This document shows positions 12,516 to 22,897 of a stretch of DNA of 33,886 nt, one piece after another. Each line of letters begins with the position of its first letter. Within the stretch, counting starts at the first letter, position 1. The notes beneath the pieces were generated by a model. That model made no database searches and was not told the origin of the DNA. It saw only the letters and a program-made list of their open reading frames with translations. The position numbers were made by a program, and so were the translations under genes. This DNA is from Chiloscyllium plagiosum (lineage: Eukaryota), in contig NC_057718.1 in assembly GCF_004010195.1 (NCBI RefSeq), positions 2,795,929 to 2,829,814 of the forward strand, written 5' to 3'.

Positions 12516-12594
12516 ATGTCACTGTGGAAAAGACAGAATATGATGATCATTAGAACTCTATTTGTTGTGACTCTGTCCCTCTGTGTTACTTTGG
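12516..12594 (+). CDS. Putative signal-peptide exon copy C (MSLWKRQNMMIIRTLFVVTLSLCVTL-G), partial gene or pseudogene
   Basis: An acceptor-like ccccatttccctcAG ends at 12510, followed by Kozak-like gcaccATG at 12516. The homologous ATG is at 12543 and the phase-1 donor G|GTAAAT is at 12595. Confidence 0.55.
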
Positions 12595-13348
12595 GTAAAT
12601 GTTTGCTTAGGAGAGGTTTAACTTATCGTAAAATACCTTTCTATGGTTTGTGGTTCTGTGGAGTTTGTGTGAATTCCATAAGTTTGAACATTGAGAACCA
12701 GAGGGGAGAGTCACAAGGAGAATTTGTCACAGTCTGGAGATTGCTTGGTTCAGCTGACACAGAGCTCCACAGGCCGGGAACATAAATCTGAAAATGGAGT
12801 GTTCCTCCCATCTTTTTCTGTCATTCATTTACTGGGAGAATGGGACTGAGGGACAGGCAGCACATTAAGGTGAGTATTTTGGGTGGATTGGATTAGTCTG
12901 TGTGTTCACTGGATCTGGTTGGGGTGGATTTGAAAGCCCACTTAGTGTTTTTACAAAGTTGGTGAATTTACAGCTTTGTGATTCAGAGTGATTTTCACCA
13001 AAGGACCCATGCTGACACTCACATCAATTCTCTATAATCAATAATATTGAATTTGTTCCATTAAAACATCTCCAGGACTGCACAAACTGTGAACCAGTTG
13101 AAGTTCAGTATCTGTGACAACATCGAATCCTGGGTCTGTTCCAAACAGGAACATTTCCAAAAATTAATATGCTGAATGCCAGTTCATGTTTTGTGTGATG
13201 ATGTTAAATGAAGGAAGGATGTTGATGATCAGGAGATGGAGAGTGTCTCCTGTTCTTTTACACATTGTGCTTTGTAATCTTTAAATCTTTGAATTGGATG
13301 CCTGAGCACTCCTCACAACATCTGATGGGATCAAGGACAGAGTGCAAT

Positions 13349-13799
13349 AGAACATAGAACATAGAACATTACAGCACAGTACAGGCCCTTCGGCCCTCGA
13401 TGTTGCGCCGCCCTGTCATACTAATCTGAAGCCTATCGCACCTATACTATTCCATGCATGTCCATATGCCTGTGCAATGACAACTTAAATGCACTTAAAC
13501 TTGGTAAATCTACTACCGTTGCAGGCAAAGCATTCCATACCCTTACTACTCTCTGAGTAAAGAAACTACCTCTGACATCTGTCTTATACCTATCTCCCCT
13601 CACTTTAAAGTTGCATCCCCTCGTGTTTGCTGTCCCCATACTTGAAAAAAGGCTCTCCCTGTCCACCCTATCTAACCCTCTGATTATCTTGTATGTCACC
13701 ATTAAGTCACCTCTCAACCTTCTTCTCTCTAATGAGAACAGTCTCAAGGCCCCCAGCCTTTCCCTGTAAGACATTCCTTCCATACCAGGCAACATCCTA
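13349..13799 (-). mobile_element. Relatively young 5'-truncated CR1 insertion with candidate 5-bp TSD (GCAAT)
   Basis: Intact 117-aa C-terminal ORF (13442-13795) and an (agaacat)n tail. GCAAT occurs at 13344-13348 and 13800-13804, and the empty site is visible in the other arm near 29320. Confidence 0.95.
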
Positions 13800-13949
13800 G
13801 CAATCTTCTCTCTGTTGCTGCTGTGTGTAGCCCCTCCTGCCAGGTGATCTGCTGCAATGGTGCCACACTCATCTCTCTTGTACCAGCCTCATCCACCCAC
13901 TGTAGCTCATCGGCACCACTCTGTGACATCCACCTAGTCCATTGAAATG

Positions 13950-14361
13950 TCCCTGGGTCGTCTTCAGTCTTTTGTTGCAAAGATGTTTCACATGAGAAAG
14001 GTATCTTTGATAGAGAGTGCTTTGCTACTAGTTACTCTGACAATGGCAGTTGGTGGCTTGTTCTGGCTAGCTCTCAAAGTGTCTGCTTCTTTACACCCCA
14101 AACATTAGATCATCTCATTGGTTCTAAGTTGATATAAACAATAAATTCAAATTTGATTGAATTTTAGTATTGTGGGGCATAATTTAAACTGATTAGTTAA
14201 ATTCAAACTGTTGTGAAAACTGACAAATGTTGCATATTTTCAGTTTTTCAGTTCACTCTGAGACTGCTAGTCAGTCACATGACAGGTGCCAACAAGATCT
14301 CAGTTCAAAACAGCCTTCACTATCTCTTAAAGGTACAGTACATGCCTTCAACTTCATAGCA
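13950..14361 (-). mobile_element. Probable LTR, 5' portion
   Basis: The minus strand starts TGCTATGAAG...gtactgtacctttaagaga, a start I recall from shark LTR-like repeats. The last ~55 bp overlap the element at 28000-28395. Confidence 0.5.
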
Positions 14362-14972
14362 AGCACAGGAGTAGGGATGCCATGTTGTAGTTGTGCGGGA
14401 CATTGGTTAGGCCAATTTTAGAATATTACATTCAGTTCTGATCTCTTTGCAAAATGAATGATGTTGTTAAACTTGAAAGGGTTCAGAAAATAATGACAAG
14501 GATGTTGCCAGGGTTGTAGGATTTCAACTATCGGGAGACACTGAATAGGCTGAGGCTGTTTTTCCTGAGGCACCAGAGGCTGAGCGGTAACCTTATAGAG
14601 TTCTTTTTTAAATTATGAGGAGAATGAATAGGGTAAATATCCACGTCTTTTCCCAGGGTAGGGGTGTTCAAAATTGGAGATAATAGTTTTCGGGTGAGAG
14701 GGGAAAGATTTAAAAGGACATAACTGGCAACCTGTCCACACAGAGGGTGGTGCATGTGCGGAATGAGCTGCCAGAAGAAGTGATGGAGGCTCATACAATT
14801 ACAGCATTTAAAAGGCATTTGGATGAGAATATGAATAGAAACAAGGTCGCGGGATATGGGCCAAATGCTAGCAAAAGGAACAAGATGAATTTAAAATATC
14901 TGATTGGAATGGACAAGTTGGACTAATGAGTCCATTTCTGTGCTGTGTATGGCTATGACTCAATGACTCAAT
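14362..14972 (+). mobile_element. CR1 3' end
   Basis: Similar to 23810-24410, with the tail ctatgactcaatgactc. Confidence 0.9.
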
Positions 14973-15089
14973 AACTTAGTGACAATTATTTGCCTTTTCT
15001 TCTTTATTCTGCACATTGTTTCTGCATAAATAATCATCCAGTGCCCTGTTAAATGCCTCAGTTGGACCTTAATGCCATTGGACCAGAAG

Positions 15090-16222
15090 GTGGAAGATCA
15101 GAATCAGACCATTCTGCCCATCGAGACTGCTCATGAAAGCTCTGATAATCCCCAATTTGACTTTCCTGTCTTTTCTCTGTATCTCTGGATTTACTTTCTA
15201 TTTAAAAATGCGTCTTTCTAAACTTCATCGTACTGAATGGTGCAGCCTCAGTTCCCCTGTGTGGTGGAGTTCCCTTCTCAGTAAGGAAATTCCTTCTCCT
15301 CTCTGCCTTAAGTATACATCCCCTTATTCTGAGATTCTGTCCTCTGCTCCCAGTCTCAGTGGAAACATTTTTTCATATCGATGCTGTCAAGTCCTCTAGG
15401 AATCTTTTCTGTTTCAATACTGTTGCCTCACATTTTTCGATATTCTGGTGAGAACAAGCCCAATCAATGTCACCTCTCCTCGTAAGACAGTGCCTCCATA
15501 ACAGCCTAGTGACCCTTCTCTAGACAGCCTCCAAAGCCAGGACACCTTTCCTCAGATAAGGAACAAGAACTATTTCACAGTATTCCAGTTTTGGTCTGAC
15601 TTGGGATTTGTACAGTTTTGACAAAACCTTCCTAATTTTATTCTCCATTTCCTTTGAAATAAAGGATACTCTCCATTTGCCTTTCCTCTGACCAACAGAA
15701 CTTGGATGTTAACCTTTTGTCATTCATGGACGAGGACTCCCAAATCCCTCTGTTCTGTAGCTTTCTGCCAACTTCCCTATTTCAATAATATTCAGCTCCT
15801 CTGTTCTTCCAGACAAAGTGTATGGACTCACATTTCTTCATCTGCCAAGTTTTTGCCTCCTCACTTCCTGTGTCTCCTGTGTCAGTATCCCTGTGCAGAC
15901 TCTTTGTCATTACTTACCTTCCCACCTATTGTTGTGTTAACCACAGACTTGGAGTCAGTACATTCACTGTCCTCATCCAAGGCATCAATAAATACAGTAA
16001 ATAATTCTGGCCGCAGTACTGATCCCTGTGACACTCCAACAGCTGCAGGTTGCCATCCTGAAAATGCCCCCTTATCCTCACTCTCTGTCTTCTATTAGTT
16101 AGCCAAACTTCTATCCATACTTATAGACTCCTGTCAACACCATGCACTCTTTTTATTAGCCTAATGTGTGGGACTTTATCAAAAACTGACTGAAAATCCC
16201 TCGATATTACATCCACTGCTTC
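15090..16222 (-). mobile_element. Old CR1 RT-to-3' fragment
   Basis: Antisense of motifs resembling GVPQGSVLG (actgatccctgtgacactcc) and YKSQVRPKLEYC (cagtattccagttttggtctgac). Confidence 0.8.
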
Positions 16223-16227
16223 TTGTA

Positions 16228-16342
16228 TTACAAAAGACAAAATACTGCAGATGATGGAAACCTGAAACTAGCACAGGGAATGTTGGAGAAACTCAGCAGG
16301 TCTGGCAGCATCTGTAGTGAAAGAAAGAGAATGAACATTTTA
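16228..16342 (-). mobile_element. Short Penelope-related non-autonomous repeat
   Basis: ctgcagatgatggaaacctgaaac...gaaactcagcaggtctggcagcatctgt is the reverse complement of 17885-17944. An inverted paralogue lies at ~27890-27995. Confidence 0.7.
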
Positions 16343-16369
16343 TGCCTAATCGGAATTTTCCTAACAAAT

Positions 16370-17330
16370 CTATGTTAACCTGCAATTGGGCCGTTATTTC
16401 AGTTATATTGTTCTGAATATTCTGTGCATTCAAGTAAAGAGTCATGGACATTATTTCCCCCAGTGACCCTATTCACTGCTGCTTTTATATGTTTGTATCC
16501 TCTGTCTGTTCCTGTCCCATTCTGGATATTGTTGTCTCCTGTCTGCTGTCTCCCCTTGCTTTGTCAGCCCGAGACAACTTCTCCCAAAGCTTGCCCCTTT
16601 TGAATTAGTTTATAGCTCTCTCTATAGCCCTAGTTATTTGATTCACCGGGACATTGGTCCCAGCATGGTTCAAGTGAAGCCTGTCCCTTTTACCCAGTAC
16701 TGGTACCAATGCCCCACAAACCAAAACCCATCCAGACCAGACTCCGAGTCACAATTGAACTGCTTGACTGTATTTGCCCAGTACCAGTTTGCCAGTGGCT
16801 CAGGCAGTAATCCAGAGATTCTTACCTTGCAGATTCTGTCTTATAATTTAGCTCCAAACTGTTCAAAGTCTTTCAGTGAAGCTTTCTTTCTTGTGTTCCC
16901 AGTGTTATTCGTCCCAACATGGACAATGATGACCAGATCCTTTTCCTCCCACTCCAAGATTCTTCTCCAGCCCTGAGGAGATATCCTTTTCCCTGGCACT
17001 GGGCAGGCAGCAAATCCTTTGGAAATCAGGCTCATGTCTGTAGGGATAAGATCTATCCCCCTCATTATACTGTCCCCTCTCACAATGACATTTCCATTTC
17101 TTCTCCCCACTTCAATCACTCCCTGTCCCAAGGTGTCATGGTCAGTTTGCCCATTCTCCCTGCAGACTGCAGTCTTGCCCATTTACTCACTGTCCCTGCA
17201 ATCCCACTCTTGCCCACACAACTTGCAGGAACCTGATAACTGCCAGATAATTGCAGCAGCTCAAGTTTATTGTCCACAGACTTGAGGTGTTCTGGAACAG
17301 CCAGGTTGTACTGTGTGTCAATCCTTTTCA
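16370..17330 (-). mobile_element. CR1 ORF1 (SGNH esterase-like domain) and the start of ORF2, degenerate
   Basis: VIVRGDSIMRGID and IIVHVGTNN match the GDS and GxND blocks of CR1 ORF1 esterases. Confidence 0.85.
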
Positions 17331-17851
17331 CCCACAAGCCCCACCCACATCATCACTCACCCATCATCCCCACCCCACCCCGATCATCACTCACCCAGAA
17401 AACCTCACCCTTGAAGATCACTCTGCTGATTGAATGGATTTCTCTTGATCATTCCTGATTTACTATCTCTCCATCACTATTCTTTGTGATGGATTGGTTG
17501 TGGCTCATGAAGATGAATCAATGTTTCCCATCAACACATCTCAAGCAATAAAACGGTGGTATAGTGAAGTTAGCAGGTGTACATTTCTGAGTCTAACCCT
17601 GTGAATACTATCAAATGGAGTAAAGGTTGTCCCCAGTGTTTTTTGGCTTTGCAGATTAAAATATTCTTGTTGGATCTTCATTTTTCTGGTCACTGCTCTC
17701 TGGCACTGACTCTCTCAATGTCTGTATCTTTGAAACACCCTTTCCCTCTTCAAGAGGCTACTTAAAATGCTATTAATGACCAATTCTTTGATTTTAGTGA
17801 CCGTGTATGAGGGACTATCCAAGAATCACTGGAACAAAATCAGAAAATGAT

Positions 17852-17944
17852 GGGGTTCTGATGAAGAGTCATTAGAGTCGAAATGTCAACTCTGTTTTCT
17901 TCCCACAGATGCTGCCAGACCTGCAGAGTTTCTCCTGCAATTTA
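17852..17944 (+). mobile_element. Penelope-related short repeat carrying a degenerate type I hammerhead ribozyme motif
   Basis: Reads ggggtt-CTGATGA-a-gagtc-atta-gagtc-GAAA-tGTC-aactct, followed by cacagatgctgccagacctg. It is truncated by the CR1 tail at 17945. Confidence 0.65.
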
Positions 17945-19958
17945 CATAGAACATAGAACATAGATCATTAATGCACAGTACAGGCCCTTCAGCCCTCGAT
18001 GTTGCCCCAATCTGTGGAATTAATCTGATTCCTATCTAACCTACACCATTCCATTATTATCCATATGCCCAATTAAATGCCCTTAACACTACTAAGTGAG
18101 TCTACTACTGTTGTAGGCAGGCCATTCCACACCCCTACAATTCTCTGAGGAAAGAATCTACCCAAATATCTGCCATAAATCTACCACCCCTCAATTTAAA
18201 GCTATGTCTCTTCATGTTAGCTTTCACCATCCGAGGAAAAGTGCTCTCAATGTCCACCCAATCTAACCATCTGATTATCTTATACGCCTCGATTAACTCA
18301 CCTGTCCACCTTCTTCTCTCTAACAAAAACAGCCTCAGTTCCCTCAGCCTTTCCTCATAAGACCTTCCTTCCATATCAGGCAACATCCGAGTAAATTTCA
18401 TCTGAACTGTTTCGGAAGCTTCCACATCCTTCCAATAATGCAGTGACCAGAACTCCAGTGTAATACTGCAGTGCGGCCTTATCAGTGTCTTGTACAGCTG
18501 AAGCATGACATCATGGCTCCAAAACTCAATCCCCCTACCAATAAATGCCAACACATTGTCTACCTTCTTAACAACCCTATCAACTTGGATGGCAACTTCC
18601 AGGGATTTATGCAGCAGGACATTAAGATTTCTCTATTCATCTGCACTGCCAAGAATTTGACCATTAACCCCGTACTCTGCATTACTGTTATTTCATCCGA
18701 AGTGAACCACCTCACACTTTTCCGCATTAAATTCTATTTGCTACTTCTCCGCCCAGCTCTGTCCCCCTGCAATCCACAACATCCTTTGGCACTATCCACA
18801 ACTCTGCCTACCTTAGTGTCATCGCAAGTTTACTAACCCACCCTTCTACGCACGGATCCAGATCATTTATAAAAATGACAAACAGCTGTGGCCCCAAAAC
18901 AGATCTTTGCGGCACACCACTGGTAACTGAGATCCAGCATGAGCATTTTCCATCAACCACCAACCTCTGTCTTCTTTCAGCTAGCCAATTTCTGATTGAA
19001 TTCACTAAATCACCTTAAATCCAGAAATTCCGTATTGTGTGCAATAGCCTTACCATGTGGAACCTTGTCAAACGCCTTATTGAAGTCCATATACACCACA
19101 TCAACTACTTACCTTCATCCACATGTTTTGTCACCTTCTCAAAGAATTCAATGATGTTAATGAGGCACTACCTACTCTTCACAAAACTGTGTTGACTATC
19201 CCTAATCAAATTATTCCTTTCTAGATGATTATAAATCTTGTCTCTTACAACATTTTCCACCATCTTACCCACAACTGAAATAAGGCTTACTTGCCTATAA
19301 CTACCAGGGTTGTCTCAACTCCATTTCTTAAACAAGGGAACAATATTTGCTATCCTCCAGTCTTCTGGCACTACTCCTGTCAACAATGATGACATAAAGA
19401 TCAAAGCCAAAGCCTCTGTCATCTCCTCCCTGGCTTCCCAGAGAATCAGAGGATAAATCCCATTTGACCCAGGGGTCTTATCTATTTTCAGATCTTCTAA
19501 AATTGCTAAAACCTCCTTGTTGTTAACTGCAATCCCATCTAATCTTGTAGCCCATATCTCCGTATTCTCACTAACATTGCCCTTTTCCAATGTGAATACT
19601 GACGACCAGTATTCATCGAGCACTTCCACTATGTCCTCAGATTCCACACACAAATTTCCACTACTATCTTTGATTGGGCCTAATCTTATTCTAGTCATTC
19701 TTTTATTCCTGATATACCTATAGAAGGCCTTAGGGCTTTCCTTGATCCTATCCACCATCAACTTCTCATGTCTCCTCATGGTTATTCTTAGCCCTCTCTT
19801 TAGGTCTTTTCTGGCTAACTCATAACTCTCAAGCCCCCTAACTGAGCCTTCACGCCTCACCCTCACATAAGCCTTCTTCTTCCTCTTGACAAGAGCTTCA
19901 ACTTCTTTAGTAAACCATGGCTCCCACTCTCAACAAGTACCTCCCTGCCTGATAGGTA
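17945..19958 (-). mobile_element. CR1 LINE, 3' ~2 kb of ORF2 with tail, running into the gap
   Basis: Translates to KTPGSNGIYP, WRIANIVPLFKK, VTSGVPQRSVLGPQLFVIFINDLD and LYKTLIRPH, with a (catagaa)n tail at 17945-17963. Confidence 0.96.
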
Positions 19959-20458
19959 NNNNNNNNNNNNNNNNNNNNNNNNNNNNNNNNNNNNNNNNNN
20001 NNNNNNNNNNNNNNNNNNNNNNNNNNNNNNNNNNNNNNNNNNNNNNNNNNNNNNNNNNNNNNNNNNNNNNNNNNNNNNNNNNNNNNNNNNNNNNNNNNNN
20101 NNNNNNNNNNNNNNNNNNNNNNNNNNNNNNNNNNNNNNNNNNNNNNNNNNNNNNNNNNNNNNNNNNNNNNNNNNNNNNNNNNNNNNNNNNNNNNNNNNNN
20201 NNNNNNNNNNNNNNNNNNNNNNNNNNNNNNNNNNNNNNNNNNNNNNNNNNNNNNNNNNNNNNNNNNNNNNNNNNNNNNNNNNNNNNNNNNNNNNNNNNNN
20301 NNNNNNNNNNNNNNNNNNNNNNNNNNNNNNNNNNNNNNNNNNNNNNNNNNNNNNNNNNNNNNNNNNNNNNNNNNNNNNNNNNNNNNNNNNNNNNNNNNNN
20401 NNNNNNNNNNNNNNNNNNNNNNNNNNNNNNNNNNNNNNNNNNNNNNNNNNNNNNNNNN
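19959..20458. other. Assembly gap (500 N)
   Basis: Run of N. The round length suggests a scaffolding placeholder. Confidence 0.99.
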
Positions 20459-20580
20459 CAGGTTTATTTAAAATAACAAGCTTTCAGAGCAATGGTCCTT
20501 CATCAGTTGAAAACCGACAACCTGTGATCTCCAATAAACGTGTTGGACTATAACCTGGTATCATGTGACTTCTGACTTTG
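20459..20580. mobile_element. Penelope-related terminal-repeat remnant with a degenerate minus-strand hammerhead core
   Basis: The reverse complement of 20477-20506 is CTGATGA-a-ggacc-att-gctct-GAAAGCTT. It is followed by tgttggactataacctggt, which I recall from shark Penelope-like termini. Confidence 0.55.
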
Positions 20581-20584
20581 AGAA

Positions 20585-20965
20585 AAAAAAGGTGAAGATA
20601 AATGTCAGTCTCTTACAGTCAAAAACAGGGGAGTTTAGTTTTGTGTTCACAAAGGAGGACACAAAGAACATTCCAGAAAACATTGGGAAACACAGGGTTT
20701 AGTGAGAGAGAGGAAATGAAAGAAATCTAAATTAGTCGAGAAATGGTATTGGTGAAATTGATGAGACAGGAGGCTGATAAATCCCCAGGGTTTAATAATC
20801 TACATCCCAAAGCACTTAAGGAAGTGGCCCTGGAAATAATGGATGCATTAGTGGTCAGCTTCCAAGATTCTACAATCTCTGGAACATTCCCTATAGATTA
20901 CTCCCTATAGATTACAACAAATGTTTACCCACTATTTAAGAAGAGAGACGGAGTGAAAACAGGGA
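20585..20965 (+). mobile_element. Degenerate CR1 fragment (pre-RT)
   Basis: gctgataaatccccaggg...catcccaaagcacttaaggaagtggcc corresponds to ADKSPG..HP..LKEVA, and ccactatttaagaag corresponds to PLFKK. Confidence 0.85.
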
Positions 20966-21510
20966 TGATGTGTGTAGATTCAGTGTTAACAATCAATTTC
21001 ATGATATTCCTCTGAGTTACAGAGACCAAGCAGGGAAGGATACCCCATGAACTCTTTGGCAGGAGAGTGGCTCGGTCTTGATAACCAGAGTTGATTTCTG
21101 ACATCAGACTGAATAGTGAGTTACATTCCATCTGAGTGAGATGAGGGTCTTTGGGAGACCTCAGGCTGGACTTAAAAGTACTGTTTCACAACAACGACCT
21201 TTACTCTGAACTGAGAACTTAGAACTGGTTAGCTCCTCTCAGGAACTGTCCTTTCTGTCCTGATGGTAGATCTTATGTTGTGATGTGAGTTAACCCTTTC
21301 AGGTACTAACTGTCTCACAGGACAATATCCACCTGGTAATGAAAAACAGCTCTCATTAACCAGACAATCTCATCCAGTAGAGACGGTAAAGCATAAACAA
21401 TGATTAACCCTTGTAAAGACAGCTGCAGCTAGTGGGGATGGGGTTAAGTGGAATGGGGAATGAAACCCTCAACTATCTTTGTTGTTGCCCTGTCATAACC
21501 ATGCAACAAG

Positions 21511-22897
21511 TGTGAAGAAACACAAAACAGAATTAAAAACAACATTCTCAGGATTCAAACAGTGAGAGTGAGAACAGAAACTGATTCTCAGGCAGCAGAG
21601 GAATTGTTTCCTGTCGTGGAAGACGAAATTGTGAAATTAGAAGCTGAGCTGAAATGTGACGGAGCAGGCAGACCCAAACTAACAGGAAAATGATGAGGCA
21701 GCAGTTCCTACGAATCTGAAGCTTGGAAACAGGAGGCAAAAAAAAAAAACAAGGCCAGCACTTCACAGAAAGGTGAATGAACAATGAGAACATCTATTGT
21801 GTCATCCATGCCCTTAACCTCCATGAGAAGATTTCATCATTTGGCCCCTAATCCACTCCAATGAGTCTTTAATTCAACCAAATAAGTACAGATACTGGAG
21901 ATCTGAAACACAAAAGAAATTATGTGGACAGGCCAACAAAAAGAGATGCCATGTTGGATTTGGTACTGGGGAATGAACCCAGCCAAGTGTTAGATTTGGA
22001 GGTAGGTGGGCACTTTGGCGACAGTCATCATAATTTGGTTATGTTTACAATAGCAATCGGCAGGGACCGGTATATACAAAGGGGAAAGAGGTATAATTGG
22101 GGGAAAGGCAATTATGATGTGATTATTCAAGATTTAGGATGCATAGGATGGAGAAGAAAACTGCAGGAGACGGACACACTTGAAATATGGAGCTTATTCA
22201 AGGAACAGCTACTGCGGGTCCTTGATAATTATATCAATGATACAAATATGTCAGCAAGTAGGGAGGTAGTTATTGAGAGAGGGAGAAATGGTTTACTAAA
22301 GAAATTGAAGCTCTTCTCAAGAGGAAGAAGAAGGCTTATGTGAGGATGAGGGTTAGTTAGGGGGCTTGAATTTTACAAATTAGCTAGAAAAAATCTAAAG
22401 AGAGAGCCAAGAAGAGCCAGGAGAGGACATGAAAATTTGTTGGCGGATAGGATCAAGGAAAACACTAAGGCCTTCTATAGGTATATCAGGAATAAAAGAA
22501 TGACTAGAGTAAGATTAGGGCCAATCAAAGATAATAGTGAAAAGTTAATGAATGTGAAGAAACTCAAGACAGAATTTAAAAAACACCCTCAGGATTCAAA
22601 CAGTGAGAGTGAGAGCAGGAACTGATTCACGGGCAGCAGAGGAACTGTCGTGGAAGATGAAATTGTGAAATTAGAAGCTGAGCCAAATTTATGATGGAGC
22701 ACAAACCCAAGCTAACAGGAAATGGGTGAGGTAGCAGTTTCCACAAATAGATTCAGAAATCTCGAGCTCAGAAGCAAATGGTTAAAAAATACAAGGGCAG
22801 CACTTCACAGAAAGGTGAATGTACAATGGGGACATCTATTGTCTCATCCATGTCCCCAGTCTCCGTGAGAATATTTCATAATTGGGCCCCTAATCCA
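21511..22897 (+). repeat. ~345-bp diverged direct repeat pair (21511-21855 and 22553-22897)
   Basis: Both copies run tgtgaagaaac...caggattcaaacagtgagagtgaga...gcacttcacagaaaggtgaatg...gcccctaatcca. Confidence 0.9.
21920..22546 (+). mobile_element. CR1 ORF2 fragment (end of endonuclease and tether)
   Basis: Translates to DRPTKRDAMLDLVLGNEP, FGDSHHNLVMF and RIKENTKAFYRYIRNKR. Confidence 0.93.

Larger units (their letters stand above)
8620..17560 (+). repeat. Left arm of a large, old inverted duplication
   Basis: Inverted matches: 8620-12009 to 29636-33445, 13036-13945 (minus a CR1 insert) to ~29180-29635, 13950-14006 to 28028-28083, and 16226-17560 to 26200-27995. Confidence 0.88.

Noticed and set aside
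13831..13905. Possible exon 2 for leader C (cctgccAG|GT GAT CTG CTG CAA TGG TGC CAC, giving GDLLQWCHT, vaguely Ly6-like)
   Set aside because: It lacks the CxxC pattern, reaches TAG after ~20 codons, the paralogue has additional stops, and no donor follows.
17690..17732. Weak resemblance to the leader exon (SLALTLSMSVSL)
   Set aside because: The match is short, with no ATG at the homologous position, no donor and no flanking homology.
19886..20476. 196-aa ORF here, and the ORFs 26314-27099 and 26333-26698
   Set aside because: These are artefacts of reading through N gaps and low-complexity repeats.
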